In this document: positions 23,431 to 32,000 of the stretch, piece by piece
Position numbering within the stretch: the first letter of the stretch is position 1
Layout: each line of letters begins with the position of its first letter
Assembly (NCBI RefSeq): GCF_018398935.1
Contig: NZ_CP074694.1
Location: forward strand, 600,001 to 632,000
DNA from: Telmatocola sphagniphila
GTDB lineage: Bacteria; Planctomycetota; Planctomycetia; Gemmatales; Gemmataceae
Reading direction: 5' to 3'
DNA length: 32,000 nucleotides
Notes under the pieces: generated by a model
Seen by the model: only the letters and a program-made list of their open reading frames with translations
The model's database searches: none
What the model was told of the DNA's origin: nothing
Made by a program: the position numbers and the translations under genes

Positions 23431-24369
23431 TTAAGGTTTTTTGCTATCCTTCTTGGGTTCTTTCGCTTCCTTACCGGTTACCGCCCAAGTCTTCCAATCG
23501 TACTCCAATTTCTTTTTCCAATCTTCCCCCTCTTTGACTTCGATTAACGCCGACAATCCGGCGATGTTGGGCATGGGATTTTCTTCGCTGACGCGGAAGT
23601 TACCCAACGCCACTTCGACTTTCGTGTCGGGTAGGCCGTTGAGTAGATAATCGACGAAGGAGACCTTCAAAAGCGGCAAATCCTTGAGTTCGGATTTTTC
23701 GTTCGCCATCGTTTCGCCGCTGATGTGCCGCAAGCCCGCCGTGTACCAGACACCGCGCGGGCCGAACTTGGCTTTGGTCTGCGTCTTGAAAGTCGCATAA
23801 TTGGCCGGTACCGACTTCAGGACCACCAGTTTTTCGAACCCTTCCCGGAACCATTCCGGGAACTGGGCTACTCCGCCGACTTTGCGATTGAGAATCGCTT
23901 CCGAAATGCTTTCCATGAGCTTCGGTTCGAGTTCGGCCGGTTTCAAATTGGAAAGAGAGACGGCCAGGTAGGGAATTTCGCCTTTCAGAGCGAAGCTCGA
24001 TTTTTCTTCGGATTCGGCCCGCCGTTCTTCCTGATTGCGGACGAAGGCCGTGAATTGATTGCGTTCCGGGAAGGCAAAAATAGTCAATTTGCCTTCCCAG
24101 GGTTTGTCGTCGTCCTTGAATCGCACCAATTTCGCGGCGATGGTTGCATGTTTCGTGAGATTTTTGGCGAGGGCATTCGCCTTTTCTTTGGAGAGGTGAC
24201 CGACGAATCGATAGTGATCGGTCTCCACGAGTGTGGCTTTCTCAAGACCCGCCTTCTGGCTCGCAGTTGTGGCAAATTCAATCTGCTTTTTATCCAATTC
24301 GGAGGTATCTAACCCGAAAACGGGAGAGACCGCAGCAATCAGGAAACCCAATACCAGGAACTTACGCAT
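23431..24369 (-). CDS. Secreted protein of unknown function (possible degenerate MA-clan peptidase-like fold)
   Basis: Signal peptide MRKFLVLGFLIAAVSPVFG and a Lys-rich C-terminal tail. LMESISEAIL...FPEWFREGFEKL resembles the HExxH...P.W..EG.A layout of Peptidase_MA-like or DUF1570-like proteins, but both His residues are absent. Confidence 0.7.
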   Translation of the reverse strand: MRKFLVLGFLIAAVSPVFGLDTSELDKKQIEFATTASQKAGLEKATLVETDHYRFVGHLSKEKANALAKNLTKHATIAAKLVRFKDDDKPWEGKLTIFAFPERNQFTAFVRNQEERRAESEEKSSFALKGEIPYLAVSLSNLKPAELEPKLMESISEAILNRKVGGVAQFPEWFREGFEKLVVLKSVPANYATFKTQTKAKFGPRGVWYTAGLRHISGETMANEKSELKDLPLLKVSFVDYLLNGLPDTKVEVALGNFRVSEENPMPNIAGLSALIEVKEGEDWKKKLEYDWKTWAVTGKEAKEPKKDSKKP

Positions 24370-24455
24370 AGTCTTGCCTCAATGATTCGAACTCTCCCTA
24401 CCATATTAAAATCGAATTTAAACGAATTCCAGCAAATCCCATTTTTAGGGCCAGC

Positions 24456-26414
24456 ATGCGTTTACTCTCTGCTTTTCTCCTGATCGCCTTTTGGGCCTCA
24501 CTATCGCAAGCCCAGGCACCCGCCGAGCAGGCCGAGAAGGGGAAAGCAAAGCATTCCCCCAACGCCCTGGCCAAGGAAACCAGCCCCTACCTGCTTCAGC
24601 ACGCAGATAACCCGGTGAATTGGTATCCCTGGGGTCGAGAGGCTTTGGATAAAGCGAAGAAAGAAAAGAAACTCATTTTTCTTTCCGTCGGCTACAGTGC
24701 CTGTCACTGGTGCCACGTGATGGAGAAAGAAAGTTTTTCGAACGAGGAAGTCGCGAAAATCCTGAATGAAAATTTCATCTGCATCAAGGTCGATCGCGAG
24801 GAGCGGCCCGAAGTGGACGAAGTTTACATCACGGCGGTACAGATCATGGGCGAACGCACCGGCTGGCCGTTGTCCGTATTTTTGACGCCGGATGCCAAGC
24901 CGATCTATGGCGGTACTTATTGGCCCCGCGAAGATAAAACTGTGGACAATAACAAGCTCCTGGGTTTCAAATCCATTCTCAAAAAGATCATCGAGCTCAA
25001 CAAAGAGAAGGGGCCGATGATTCAGGAGCGAGCCGATGCAATTGCGAGAGAGACCGACCTGATCTACTCCCGCAATTCGCTGAAAGTCATCAACGGCAAA
25101 ATCGATTCGGAGATCCTGAAAGAAGCCGTGCGCGAGTATGAGGATAACTTCGATCCGGTCTACGGCGGTATCGGTAATAAAAATCGGGATTTCCTCGCAC
25201 CCAAATTTCCTACCGCTTCCGTTTGGAACTTCCTTTTGTCCTACTCCCGGGATCAGAAGCAGGAGGACGTTCGCAAGCAGGTCCATCTGACCCTGCGAAA
25301 AATGGCCGAGGGTGGAATCTACGATCAACTCGGCGGCGGTTTCCATCGCTACAGCACGGAACGTACCTGGAGCATTCCGCACTTTGAAAAAATGCTATAC
25401 GACAACGCGCAGCTCATCGAACTCTACACAAGGGGTTTTCAGGATAATTCCGACCCTCTCTATAAGCGAGTGGTAGAGCAAACCATCGAATTTGTTTTCC
25501 GGGAAATGAGGACGACCGAGGGCTTGTTCTACACGGCCTTCGACGCCGACAGCGATGGAGAAGAAGGGAAGTACTTCGTCTGGACCGAAGCGGAAATCGA
25601 TAAACTTGTATCCGATAAAACCGCGTCGGCGATCTTCAAGGCTCGATATGGAATTCATGGGAAACCTAACTTTGAAGATAAAGCCTATGTGCTACGCATA
25701 ACCGCGGGGATGCCCGAACTTGCTAAGCAATTCAAAACGGACGAGAAGGCAGTGATGGTTAGCCTGGAGACCTCCCGTCGAGCGATTTTCGAGGCTCGGC
25801 AGAAGCGAGTGAAGCCATTTTTGGATCGGAAAATCCTCACGGCCTGGAATGGGCAGATGATTGCCGCCCTGGCTTTGGCGGGAAAGGCTTTTGAACAGAA
25901 AGCCTGGGTGGATGCCGCAGCCAAAGCGGCTCAGATGTTGCTGGACAAGGGCATTCGCGATGGTCGATTGCAGAGGATTCTGACCAAAAATCCCGAGGGG
26001 CTATGGGCGGCTCGTATTCCGGCCTGCCTGGACGATGAAGCGTTTCTCCTGAACGGCTTACTCGCACTGCATTCGGCCACGGGGGAAGCAAAATGGCTCC
26101 AGGCCGCGGAAGAGATTTACACTGAGACGCAGAAGCTGATGGGGGATCCGAACGGCGGCTTCTACCTGACCGCCAAAGACGACAGTCTGCTGTTCACCCG
26201 CGTGAAAGACTATTACGACAATGCCCAGCCGGCGGCCAATAACGTCATGACCTATAACCTGGAATTGCTGTATCGCAAGCAGAAGAACGAGAAATATAAA
26301 CAGCAGCTGGAGAAGAGCCTCGGGCAGATCTCCCGGCTCATAAAAGACCGGCCCACCAGTGCGCCGGTCATCTTAAGAACGATTCTCGAAATGGAAAAAG
26401 CTCTGCAAAAATAA
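24456..26414 (+). CDS. Thioredoxin-domain protein, DUF255 / YyaL family, with signal peptide
   Basis: [18 protein letters not shown] and [22 protein letters not shown] are the hallmark DUF255 N-terminal blocks. The long C-terminal region is like the alpha/alpha-toroid of this family (YDNAQ repeated). The N-terminus [21 protein letters not shown] looks like a cleavable signal peptide. Confidence 0.88.
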   Translation: MRLLSAFLLIAFWASLSQAQAPAEQAEKGKAKHSPNALAKETSPYLLQHADNPVNWYPWGREALDKAKKEKKLIFLSVGYSACHWCHVMEKESFSNEEVAKILNENFICIKVDREERPEVDEVYITAVQIMGERTGWPLSVFLTPDAKPIYGGTYWPREDKTVDNNKLLGFKSILKKIIELNKEKGPMIQERADAIARETDLIYSRNSLKVINGKIDSEILKEAVREYEDNFDPVYGGIGNKNRDFLAPKFPTASVWNFLLSYSRDQKQEDVRKQVHLTLRKMAEGGIYDQLGGGFHRYSTERTWSIPHFEKMLYDNAQLIELYTRGFQDNSDPLYKRVVEQTIEFVFREMRTTEGLFYTAFDADSDGEEGKYFVWTEAEIDKLVSDKTASAIFKARYGIHGKPNFEDKAYVLRITAGMPELAKQFKTDEKAVMVSLETSRRAIFEARQKRVKPFLDRKILTAWNGQMIAALALAGKAFEQKAWVDAAAKAAQMLLDKGIRDGRLQRILTKNPEGLWAARIPACLDDEAFLLNGLLALHSATGEAKWLQAAEEIYTETQKLMGDPNGGFYLTAKDDSLLFTRVKDYYDNAQPAANNVMTYNLELLYRKQKNEKYKQQLEKSLGQISRLIKDRPTSAPVILRTILEMEKALQK

Positions 26415-26424
26415 TCTTGGCTGT

Positions 26425-27078
26425 CTAGTGGGAAGCTTCCTGAACCACATTCGGCTCCTTCGAGTGCTCTTCCGGCAAAGTCATGCCCCAGCAGACCAGA
26501 GCGATGCCAACTACCGTGCTGAGGATACCGCCGATCCAGAACGATTTCTTTTTTGTCAAAAGCGAGATTGAGCAGACCACCAGCCCAAGTTCCACGGCCA
26601 GATGAGCCAAATCGAGCCAATCGGCTTGCAGGTGGCTGTGATGAGCCTTGTGATCGGCCGTTTTGGATTCCGCTTCGGTTTTCTTCGCCTTGACGGCGAT
26701 CTCTCCCAGTTCGCCCTGATTCTCATCGCCATATTCTTTGTTCTTGGCGGCGAGCTTCGCTAATTGTTTCTGCTGCTCTTCATCCTTACCGGCTTTGCCA
26801 GACAGGAGATTCAGCAGCAAAATCGTGTTATCGTTGGAGGCCTGCCGCAAGCGCTTGGCCTGATACTGAGACCACATGTTGGAGGCTTCCACCTTCTTGT
26901 TGCCCGCCTCCGTCTGGTAGAGCAGCGTTTGATTGTGAGTTCGATGTCCCACCATGGCTACCCCAGCAAGAACGGCGGCGATGATGGCCATGCTCACGGC
27001 AACCCGTCGGTCAAAGGGGGCGTGAGCCGCATGTTGAGCATGTTCCGCCTGTTCGAGATGTTCGTGAACTTCGCTCAT
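26425..27078 (-). CDS. DUF4337 domain-containing membrane protein
   Basis: His-rich N-terminus (HEHLEQAEHAQHAAH), RRVAVSMAIIAAVLA, ASNMWSQYQAKRLRQ, a coiled central region, and C-terminal TM segments with LLTKKK. This matches my recollection of the DUF4337 layout. Confidence 0.7.
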   Translation of the reverse strand: MSEVHEHLEQAEHAQHAAHAPFDRRVAVSMAIIAAVLAGVAMVGHRTHNQTLLYQTEAGNKKVEASNMWSQYQAKRLRQASNDNTILLLNLLSGKAGKDEEQQKQLAKLAAKNKEYGDENQGELGEIAVKAKKTEAESKTADHKAHHSHLQADWLDLAHLAVELGLVVCSISLLTKKKSFWIGGILSTVVGIALVCWGMTLPEEHSKEPNVVQEASH

Positions 27079-27248
27079 AGAATTCCTTAACTGAGAGGGA
27101 AATGACCCAAATTGTTATATTTACTTTGTCTTAGAAAAAATCCCAGCACTTCTTTCTTGCAGATTCGTGAACTAAGCGTCAAAATCACGGTTGATTAAAT
27201 AGAGTATGATTGTCAGCCGAACTGAACGAACTCCAGAGGCTTTTTTTC

Positions 27249-27986
27249 ATGCTCATTTTGCCGGCGATCGATATGCGGGGCGGAAAGTGCGTCCGCCTGC
27301 GACAGGGTGACTACAAGCAGGAAACAGTTTACGGGGAAGACCCCGTTGCCATGGCCCGAATCTGGGTCAAACAAGGAGCCAAGGCTCTTCATCTGGTTGA
27401 CCTGGACGGGGCGAAAGAAGGTAAACCGGCGCATGGCGATTTCGTTCGAAGAATCGTTTCTGCCACCGGACTGCCCTGTCAGCTAGGTGGCGGGATCAGA
27501 ACTGAGGACGATATTCAGGCCGCCTTGTCCTGGGGTGTACGCAGAATAGTTCTGGGAACCCGGGCTTTACAGGATCCCTCGTGGGTGCGGCAAATGGCGA
27601 CCAGCTATCCTAAGACTATCGTTTTGGGGCTGGATGCCCACGACGGCAAAGTGGCCACCCACGGCTGGTTACAGGTATCGGAATCCTCTGCGTTGGATAT
27701 GGCGCGGGAATTCGCCAACTGGCCTCTCGCGGCAATAGTTTTTACAGACATTTCCAAGGATGGCATGATGGCGGGGCCGAATGTCGAGGCCCTGAAGGAA
27801 ATGGCGGAAAAAGTGCCTCTGCCGATCATCGCCTCCGGCGGGGTAACCACACTCGATGACGTCCGTCGCTTGCTCGAATGCAATCTGGCGGGCTGCATCA
27901 TAGGCCGGTCCTTATATGAGGGTCGGTTGCAATTGCGGAACGTTTTATCACTGATACCGGCGCCTGCCGGGGTAGGAATGGAATAG
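27249..27986 (+). CDS. hisA: ProFAR isomerase HisA
   Basis: Start placed at MLILPAIDMRGGKCVRLRQGDY (catalytic Asp in AIDM). LHLVDLDGA, QLGGGIRT, FTDISKDGMMAGPN and IASGGV are canonical HisA blocks. Confidence 0.9.
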   Translation: MLILPAIDMRGGKCVRLRQGDYKQETVYGEDPVAMARIWVKQGAKALHLVDLDGAKEGKPAHGDFVRRIVSATGLPCQLGGGIRTEDDIQAALSWGVRRIVLGTRALQDPSWVRQMATSYPKTIVLGLDAHDGKVATHGWLQVSESSALDMAREFANWPLAAIVFTDISKDGMMAGPNVEALKEMAEKVPLPIIASGGVTTLDDVRRLLECNLAGCIIGRSLYEGRLQLRNVLSLIPAPAGVGME

Positions 27987-28059
27987 CATCGAAAGGGGAC
28001 GGCCATGTTGGGCTTATCGGCCTTAGAAGATTCCGATTCGTGTTTAACCTGTGGTCGAC

Positions 28060-28187
28060 CCTCAATTGGGCTTTCGACCTGATGCCGATGAACCTGCCTA
28101 TACCGCTCTAACCGCCGAGGCACCGCACTCTCCAATTACGCGGTTTCCAAATCTTCCTCCGGCACGCCTCAATTCAAGGGGCTTTCG
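28060..28187 (+). repeat. Bipartite direct repeat CCTCAATT[-/CAAG]GGGCTTTCG in the EF-G-paralogue leader
   Basis: Copy 1 is at 28060-28076 (contiguous). Copy 2 is at 28167-28187 with a 4-nt CAAG insertion and ends 1 nt before the ATG at 28189. Confidence 0.85.
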
Positions 28188-28188
28188 T

Positions 28189-30330
28189 ATGCTGACATTT
28201 CACGCGGAAAACATTCGCACCATTGCGCTTTTGGGACATCGCGGGAGTGGCAAGACCTCACTGGCCGATGCTCTCCTGCATGTCTCGCACGCCGTCGACC
28301 GGCTTGGTAATGTCGACAACCAAACCAGTTTTTCCGATTTCGATGAAGAAGAGCACAAACATCATTTCTCGATCGATACCACCGTTTTGCATCTGGAAAG
28401 CGAAGGGAAGTTCCTGCACCTGCTCGATACTCCCGGACATCCCGATTTCGTGGGGGCCTCTCTGGAAGCTGTTAACGCCGTTGAGACGGCCGTGATTGTC
28501 GTCTCCGCCACCAATGGCATAGAAATCAATACCCGAAGGATGTTCAAAGAGGCCGGGAAACACGAACTGGCCCGCATTCTCGTCATCAACAAAATTTCAG
28601 GCGAAAATGTTCATTTCGGCGACCTGTACCAGAACATCCAGGATACGTTCGGCAAGAACTGCATCCTATTTAACGCTCCCGATGGAGTGGGAGCCGATTT
28701 CACTAGCGTGGTCAGCATTTTGAATCCGCCGGCCAGTATCCCGGCGAAGTGCCCGGTCGGCGTTCAGGCCATTCGCAGTCAGTTGGTCGACGCCATCGTC
28801 GAAGCCGATGAAGCGATGATGGAAAAGTATCTTACCGAAGGGGAAATTTCCTTCGAAGAACTGGAAAAAGCCATTCCGAGAGCAATTGAAGCGGGCACAA
28901 TCATTCCCGCGTTCTGTGTCGATGCCAAGAAAGAGATCGGCCTGCAGGAGTTGCTGCACGCCTTGGATAATTATGCTCTGCCGCCCGATCACGCCAATCT
29001 TCGACTCAAAGATTTGAAGGTCGGAGCCAATGGTTCCACCCATGCGTTCCAGGCCACCGAAACTGAGGAGTTTATCGGGCAGGTTTTCAAAATCATCAAC
29101 GACAAGTTCGTCGGTCACATGTGCTTTTTGAGAGTGATGTCCGGTCAGCTGAGTGCGGATAAGCCTCTCGTGAATATTCGCACCGGCAAATCGGGAAAGA
29201 TCGGCCACCTGTACATGATTCAGGGCAAGGAACATCAACAGGTTGTGGAAGCCTACCCCGGCGACATTGTGGCCATCACCAAGATCGACGATCTGCACAT
29301 TGGAGACACGGTGGCGCATACGATGAACGTACCGAATCTGCCCCAACCGGAATTCCCCAAACCGATGTTCGGTTTAGCGATTGCTCCCAAAAAACGGGGC
29401 GATGAACAGAAGATCAGCCAGAGTCTCCACAAACTGGAGGAAGAAGATCCCACGTTTAAAGTGACCCACGATGAGCAGACCCATGAAATGATCATGTCGG
29501 GCGTGGGGCAGACGCATCTGGATGTCATCCAGGAACGGTTGAAACACCGCTTCGATCTGGAAGTGGTCACCAAGGAACCGAAAATTCCCTATCGGGAAAC
29601 GATTCAGAATCATTCCGAGGGAGATTATCGGCATAAGAAACAATCGGGTGGCCGAGGTCAGTTCGCTGAAGTTCATCTGCGAATTTTTCCGTTGTCCCGC
29701 GAGATAACCAGTCAGGCGCAACTGGAAGAGAACTTCGCCAACAAGTCGCGCTTCGAGAAGATGCGAGCCGTCAGTTACGATCCGCAGTTGAATTTCGCCT
29801 TCATCGACCATATTGTGGGGGGCTCAATTCCGAACCAGTACATTCCCGCCGTCGAGAAAGGATGCCGGGAATTGATGGACTTCGGGGCGTTGGCCGGCTA
29901 TCGGATGCAGGACATTGCGGTGGAAGTTCATTTCGGCAAGGAGCACCCGGTCGACAGTTCGGAAACGGCATTTCGAATCGCGGCCAAACATGCCTTTAAG
30001 AAAGCCTTCCTATCGGCTCGGCCGGTACTCCTGGAACCGATCGTTCGATTGGAAGTGACCATTCCTACAAGATTTACAGGTGCGATTCTCAGCGACATCA
30101 ACGGAAAACGAGGGCATGTGGAGGATCAGGAAACTCTGCCGGGCGAACTTTCGGTGATTATCGCGGAAGTGCCGCTGGCGGAAATCAGCCGCTATACTGC
30201 CCAGTTGGGGAGTCTGACGCAGGGGCAGGGTTCGTATGTAATGGAATTCTCGCATTACGAGCATGTGCCGATGAATGTGCAGCAGCAAATCGTTTCGAAG
30301 GCCAATTTACGTCACGACGACGAAGAGTAA
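28189..30330 (+). CDS. Elongation factor G-like translational GTPase (EF-G paralogue)
   Basis: Start placed at MLTFHAENIRTIALLGHRGSGKTS (P-loop). DTPGHPDF (G3) is present. The five-domain EF-G layout is recognisable through GDTV, EPKIPYRETI, SGGRGQFAEV, HPVDSSETAF and LLEPIVRLEV. G4 reads NKIS instead of NKxD. Confidence 0.88.
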   Translation: MLTFHAENIRTIALLGHRGSGKTSLADALLHVSHAVDRLGNVDNQTSFSDFDEEEHKHHFSIDTTVLHLESEGKFLHLLDTPGHPDFVGASLEAVNAVETAVIVVSATNGIEINTRRMFKEAGKHELARILVINKISGENVHFGDLYQNIQDTFGKNCILFNAPDGVGADFTSVVSILNPPASIPAKCPVGVQAIRSQLVDAIVEADEAMMEKYLTEGEISFEELEKAIPRAIEAGTIIPAFCVDAKKEIGLQELLHALDNYALPPDHANLRLKDLKVGANGSTHAFQATETEEFIGQVFKIINDKFVGHMCFLRVMSGQLSADKPLVNIRTGKSGKIGHLYMIQGKEHQQVVEAYPGDIVAITKIDDLHIGDTVAHTMNVPNLPQPEFPKPMFGLAIAPKKRGDEQKISQSLHKLEEEDPTFKVTHDEQTHEMIMSGVGQTHLDVIQERLKHRFDLEVVTKEPKIPYRETIQNHSEGDYRHKKQSGGRGQFAEVHLRIFPLSREITSQAQLEENFANKSRFEKMRAVSYDPQLNFAFIDHIVGGSIPNQYIPAVEKGCRELMDFGALAGYRMQDIAVEVHFGKEHPVDSSETAFRIAAKHAFKKAFLSARPVLLEPIVRLEVTIPTRFTGAILSDINGKRGHVEDQETLPGELSVIIAEVPLAEISRYTAQLGSLTQGQGSYVMEFSHYEHVPMNVQQQIVSKANLRHDDEE

Positions 30331-30344
30331 CTTGTCAAGATTCC

Positions 30345-30373
30345 GGGAGAAGGGCAGGTTCTACTCTTCTCCC
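30345..30373 (+). terminator. Hairpin downstream of the EF-G paralogue
   Basis: GGGAGAAG-(13 nt)-CTTCTCCC, an 8-bp perfect stem, lies 15 nt after the stop. No U-tract follows, so the call is tentative. Confidence 0.3.
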
Positions 30374-30428
30374 AGATATTGACGGACATATCATATTTTG
30401 AAAATACACCCATCTATAGGCGGGCAGG

Positions 30429-31091
30429 ATGAACGCTCTGACGCATTTCCTTTTTGAAGAATGGTACTTTTCCGCCCCGATGCTTCTGATGTCCTTCATC
30501 GCGATCACCCTGGTGATCTGGCGCATGATGTTGAACGCTTCCTCCAAAACGGATATGAACGCGTTTCTGCCCGCCTTTCAGGACAAGATGGCTAAAGAAG
30601 GCCCAGAGGCTGCCCTCGAGTTCTGCCGGACGCAGCACGGCTTCATTCCGCAAAAGCTTTACGTGGCCGGTCTGGAAGCGGCTCCCCAGGGGCTTTCCGC
30701 CATGCGACGCAGCATGGCCCACGTGATGGAATTTGAAATCATCCCCGATCTGAACTTTCTTCTCGCTCCGATCCTGGCTATCGCCAAAATTGCCACGATG
30801 GTCGGACTGCTGGGAACAGTGATCTCGATGATCAACACCTTCAATGCGATTAGTGCCAGCAAGAATAACCCGACGGAAGTGACATCTCAGGCCGGGGCTA
30901 TTGGTCTGGCCTTATTTGCTACGGCACTGGGTTTGATGACCGCTATTCCGCTCGTGTTCACCCACGTTATGTTCAAGGATAACGTGTCTCGTTTCGAGAT
31001 TAAAATGCGGTCCGCCGCCCAGAAACTGCTTGTCATCTATCAGGGGATCAAGAGTTCCTCGGAAAAGAGGAAGAAGCGGGAATCGGCCTGA
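30429..31091 (+). CDS. exbB: MotA/TolQ/ExbB proton-channel family protein
   Basis: Three TM segments. The conserved block is LAIAKIATMVGLLGTVISMINTF...GAIGLALFATALGLMTAIPLVF. 220 aa. Confidence 0.85.
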   Translation: MNALTHFLFEEWYFSAPMLLMSFIAITLVIWRMMLNASSKTDMNAFLPAFQDKMAKEGPEAALEFCRTQHGFIPQKLYVAGLEAAPQGLSAMRRSMAHVMEFEIIPDLNFLLAPILAIAKIATMVGLLGTVISMINTFNAISASKNNPTEVTSQAGAIGLALFATALGLMTAIPLVFTHVMFKDNVSRFEIKMRSAAQKLLVIYQGIKSSSEKRKKRESA

Positions 31092-31150
31092 CCGCGGTTT
31101 CCTGAAATTGCGTCGCAAAACCCGCTTTCTAACAACTTGAACGCAGAATC

Positions 31151-31870
31151 ATGTCGGCCATAAAATACGATGTCTGGTTTCTCCGCCGAAATCAAGTCTT
31201 TCGGGCAGTCCCTTTCGAAGTAGTAACCGAATGGGTGCAGCAGGCCAAAGTGCTCCCCGAGGACAAGATCAAATCGGTCGAGGAAGAAAACTGGCTGGCC
31301 CTCAAGGATCATCCGCAATTTTCAATTTATCTGACCTCCGAGGCCGAGGAGGCTTCGCAAACCGAGGAAAATTCTCCGACTCAGGCGGAGCCCGATGTCG
31401 GCCTCGATTTTGGCTGGAAAAGAAGACACACCGATGAGGACGACGATGTGGATATGATTCCGCTCATCGATATCAGTCTGGTGCTGCTGATCTTTTTCAT
31501 GATGACGACGACCGTGGCGGCCATTTCCAAGATTCAGGTTCCGCAGATGCAGAACGCGGGCAAGATCGACAGCACGCCGGACATCATCCGACTCGACATC
31601 GACTGGGTGGGTAAGCAGGCGGTGTATGGCGTAGGACTTGGCAACTCAGTACCGGATGCGGATAACGGCGAAATAAATGACCCGATCGTATTGCTTCAGA
31701 AATTGGATGCCATTCTGGCCACTCGAACCAGCCCGGCCAAGATCCGCATCGCCGCGCATGCGGAAGTGCCGTACGAGAAAGTCGACAAGATCATTGCGGA
31801 GTTGCAGAAGCGAATCGACCAGGGAGTGCGAATTGCCAATTTCACCGTTCAAGTGAGTGACCGCCCATGA
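31151..31870 (+). CDS. exbD: ExbD/TolR-family protein with N-terminal GYF_2-like domain
   Basis: The C-terminal half is ExbD-like: DMIPLIDISLVLLIFFMMTT (TM segment with the conserved Asp) plus a periplasmic domain. The N-terminal ~60 aa (YDVWFLRRNQVFRAVPFEVVTEWVQQAKVLPEDKIKSVEEENWLALKDHPQF) resembles the GYF_2/DUF4339 pattern. An acidic linker joins the two halves. Confidence 0.8.
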   Translation: MSAIKYDVWFLRRNQVFRAVPFEVVTEWVQQAKVLPEDKIKSVEEENWLALKDHPQFSIYLTSEAEEASQTEENSPTQAEPDVGLDFGWKRRHTDEDDDVDMIPLIDISLVLLIFFMMTTTVAAISKIQVPQMQNAGKIDSTPDIIRLDIDWVGKQAVYGVGLGNSVPDADNGEINDPIVLLQKLDAILATRTSPAKIRIAAHAEVPYEKVDKIIAELQKRIDQGVRIANFTVQVSDRP

Positions 31871-32000
31871 GCCAGAAATGGGAAATCCGTTCCATCGATA
31901 CTCCGAGGGCCGATCCTCAGATCCTTTCGACGGCTCAGGTGCTGGAATTCCTGGAAACGGGAGCGTTGACCGGCGACGATCTGGTGCGGGCGGATGAATC
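31867..32000 (+). CDS. Partial CDS (3' end beyond window) opening with a GYF_2-like segment
   Basis: The ATG overlaps the ExbD stop (ATGA at 31867-31870). My manual translation is MSQKWEIRSIDTPRADPQILSTAQVLEFLETGALTGDDLVRADE, open to the window edge. It parallels the N-terminus of the preceding ExbD fusion. It is absent from the ORF track, presumably because it is short and truncated. Confidence 0.45.
   Translation, partial: MSQKWEIRSIDTPRADPQILSTAQVLEFLETGALTGDDLVRADE

Noticed and set aside
1-32000. Whole-window search for tRNA, rRNA, CRISPR arrays, IS elements or transposases, integrases, toxin-antitoxin pairs and known defence genes.
   Set aside because: No spacer longer than about 300 nt exists. 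None shows a tRNA-like T-arm or acceptor pattern or regularly spaced repeats. No ORF shows transposase, integrase, nuclease-NTPase or toxin-antitoxin motifs. This was a by-eye scan only, so small ncRNAs cannot be excluded.

Overview
The window reads as core chromosome from a moderately GC-rich bacterium. Gene content and style suggest a Planctomycetota-like organism: many signal-peptide proteins of unknown function, biosynthetic genes scattered as singletons, and GYF_2-like fusions. That lineage call is inference only. I support 31 protein-coding genes. They are thiG (5' truncated), a class V PLP enzyme, an ABC-2 exporter pair, purF, pckA, a DUF3500 protein, a 586-aa secreted orphan, a tiny 2-TM protein, a DUF421 protein, ybjQ, rpsP-trmD-rplS-yraN-tyrS, ung, a Ski2-like helicase, a membrane-tethered TAXI-type binding protein, a YfcE-like phosphoesterase, a GNA1-like acetyltransferase, glmS, sixA, a secreted orphan, a secreted DUF255 thioredoxin-domain protein, a DUF4337 protein, hisA, an EF-G paralogue, exbB, a GYF-ExbD fusion, and a partial downstream CDS. 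I found no rRNA, tRNA, CRISPR array, transposase, integrase or recognisable defence genes. I do not see a clear novel multi-gene system. The three best leads are (1) a eukaryote-type GNA1-like GlcN-6-P acetyltransferase head-to-head with glmS; (2) an ExbB/ExbD module in which ExbD and the next gene both open with a GYF_2-like domain; and (3) an EF-G paralogue whose guanine-recognition motifs have diverged (NKIS, DAK) and whose leader carries a duplicated RBS-like element with a uORF. The remaining observations are small repeats and hairpins of modest interest. All family calls rest on motif recognition by eye. No database search or computation was run.
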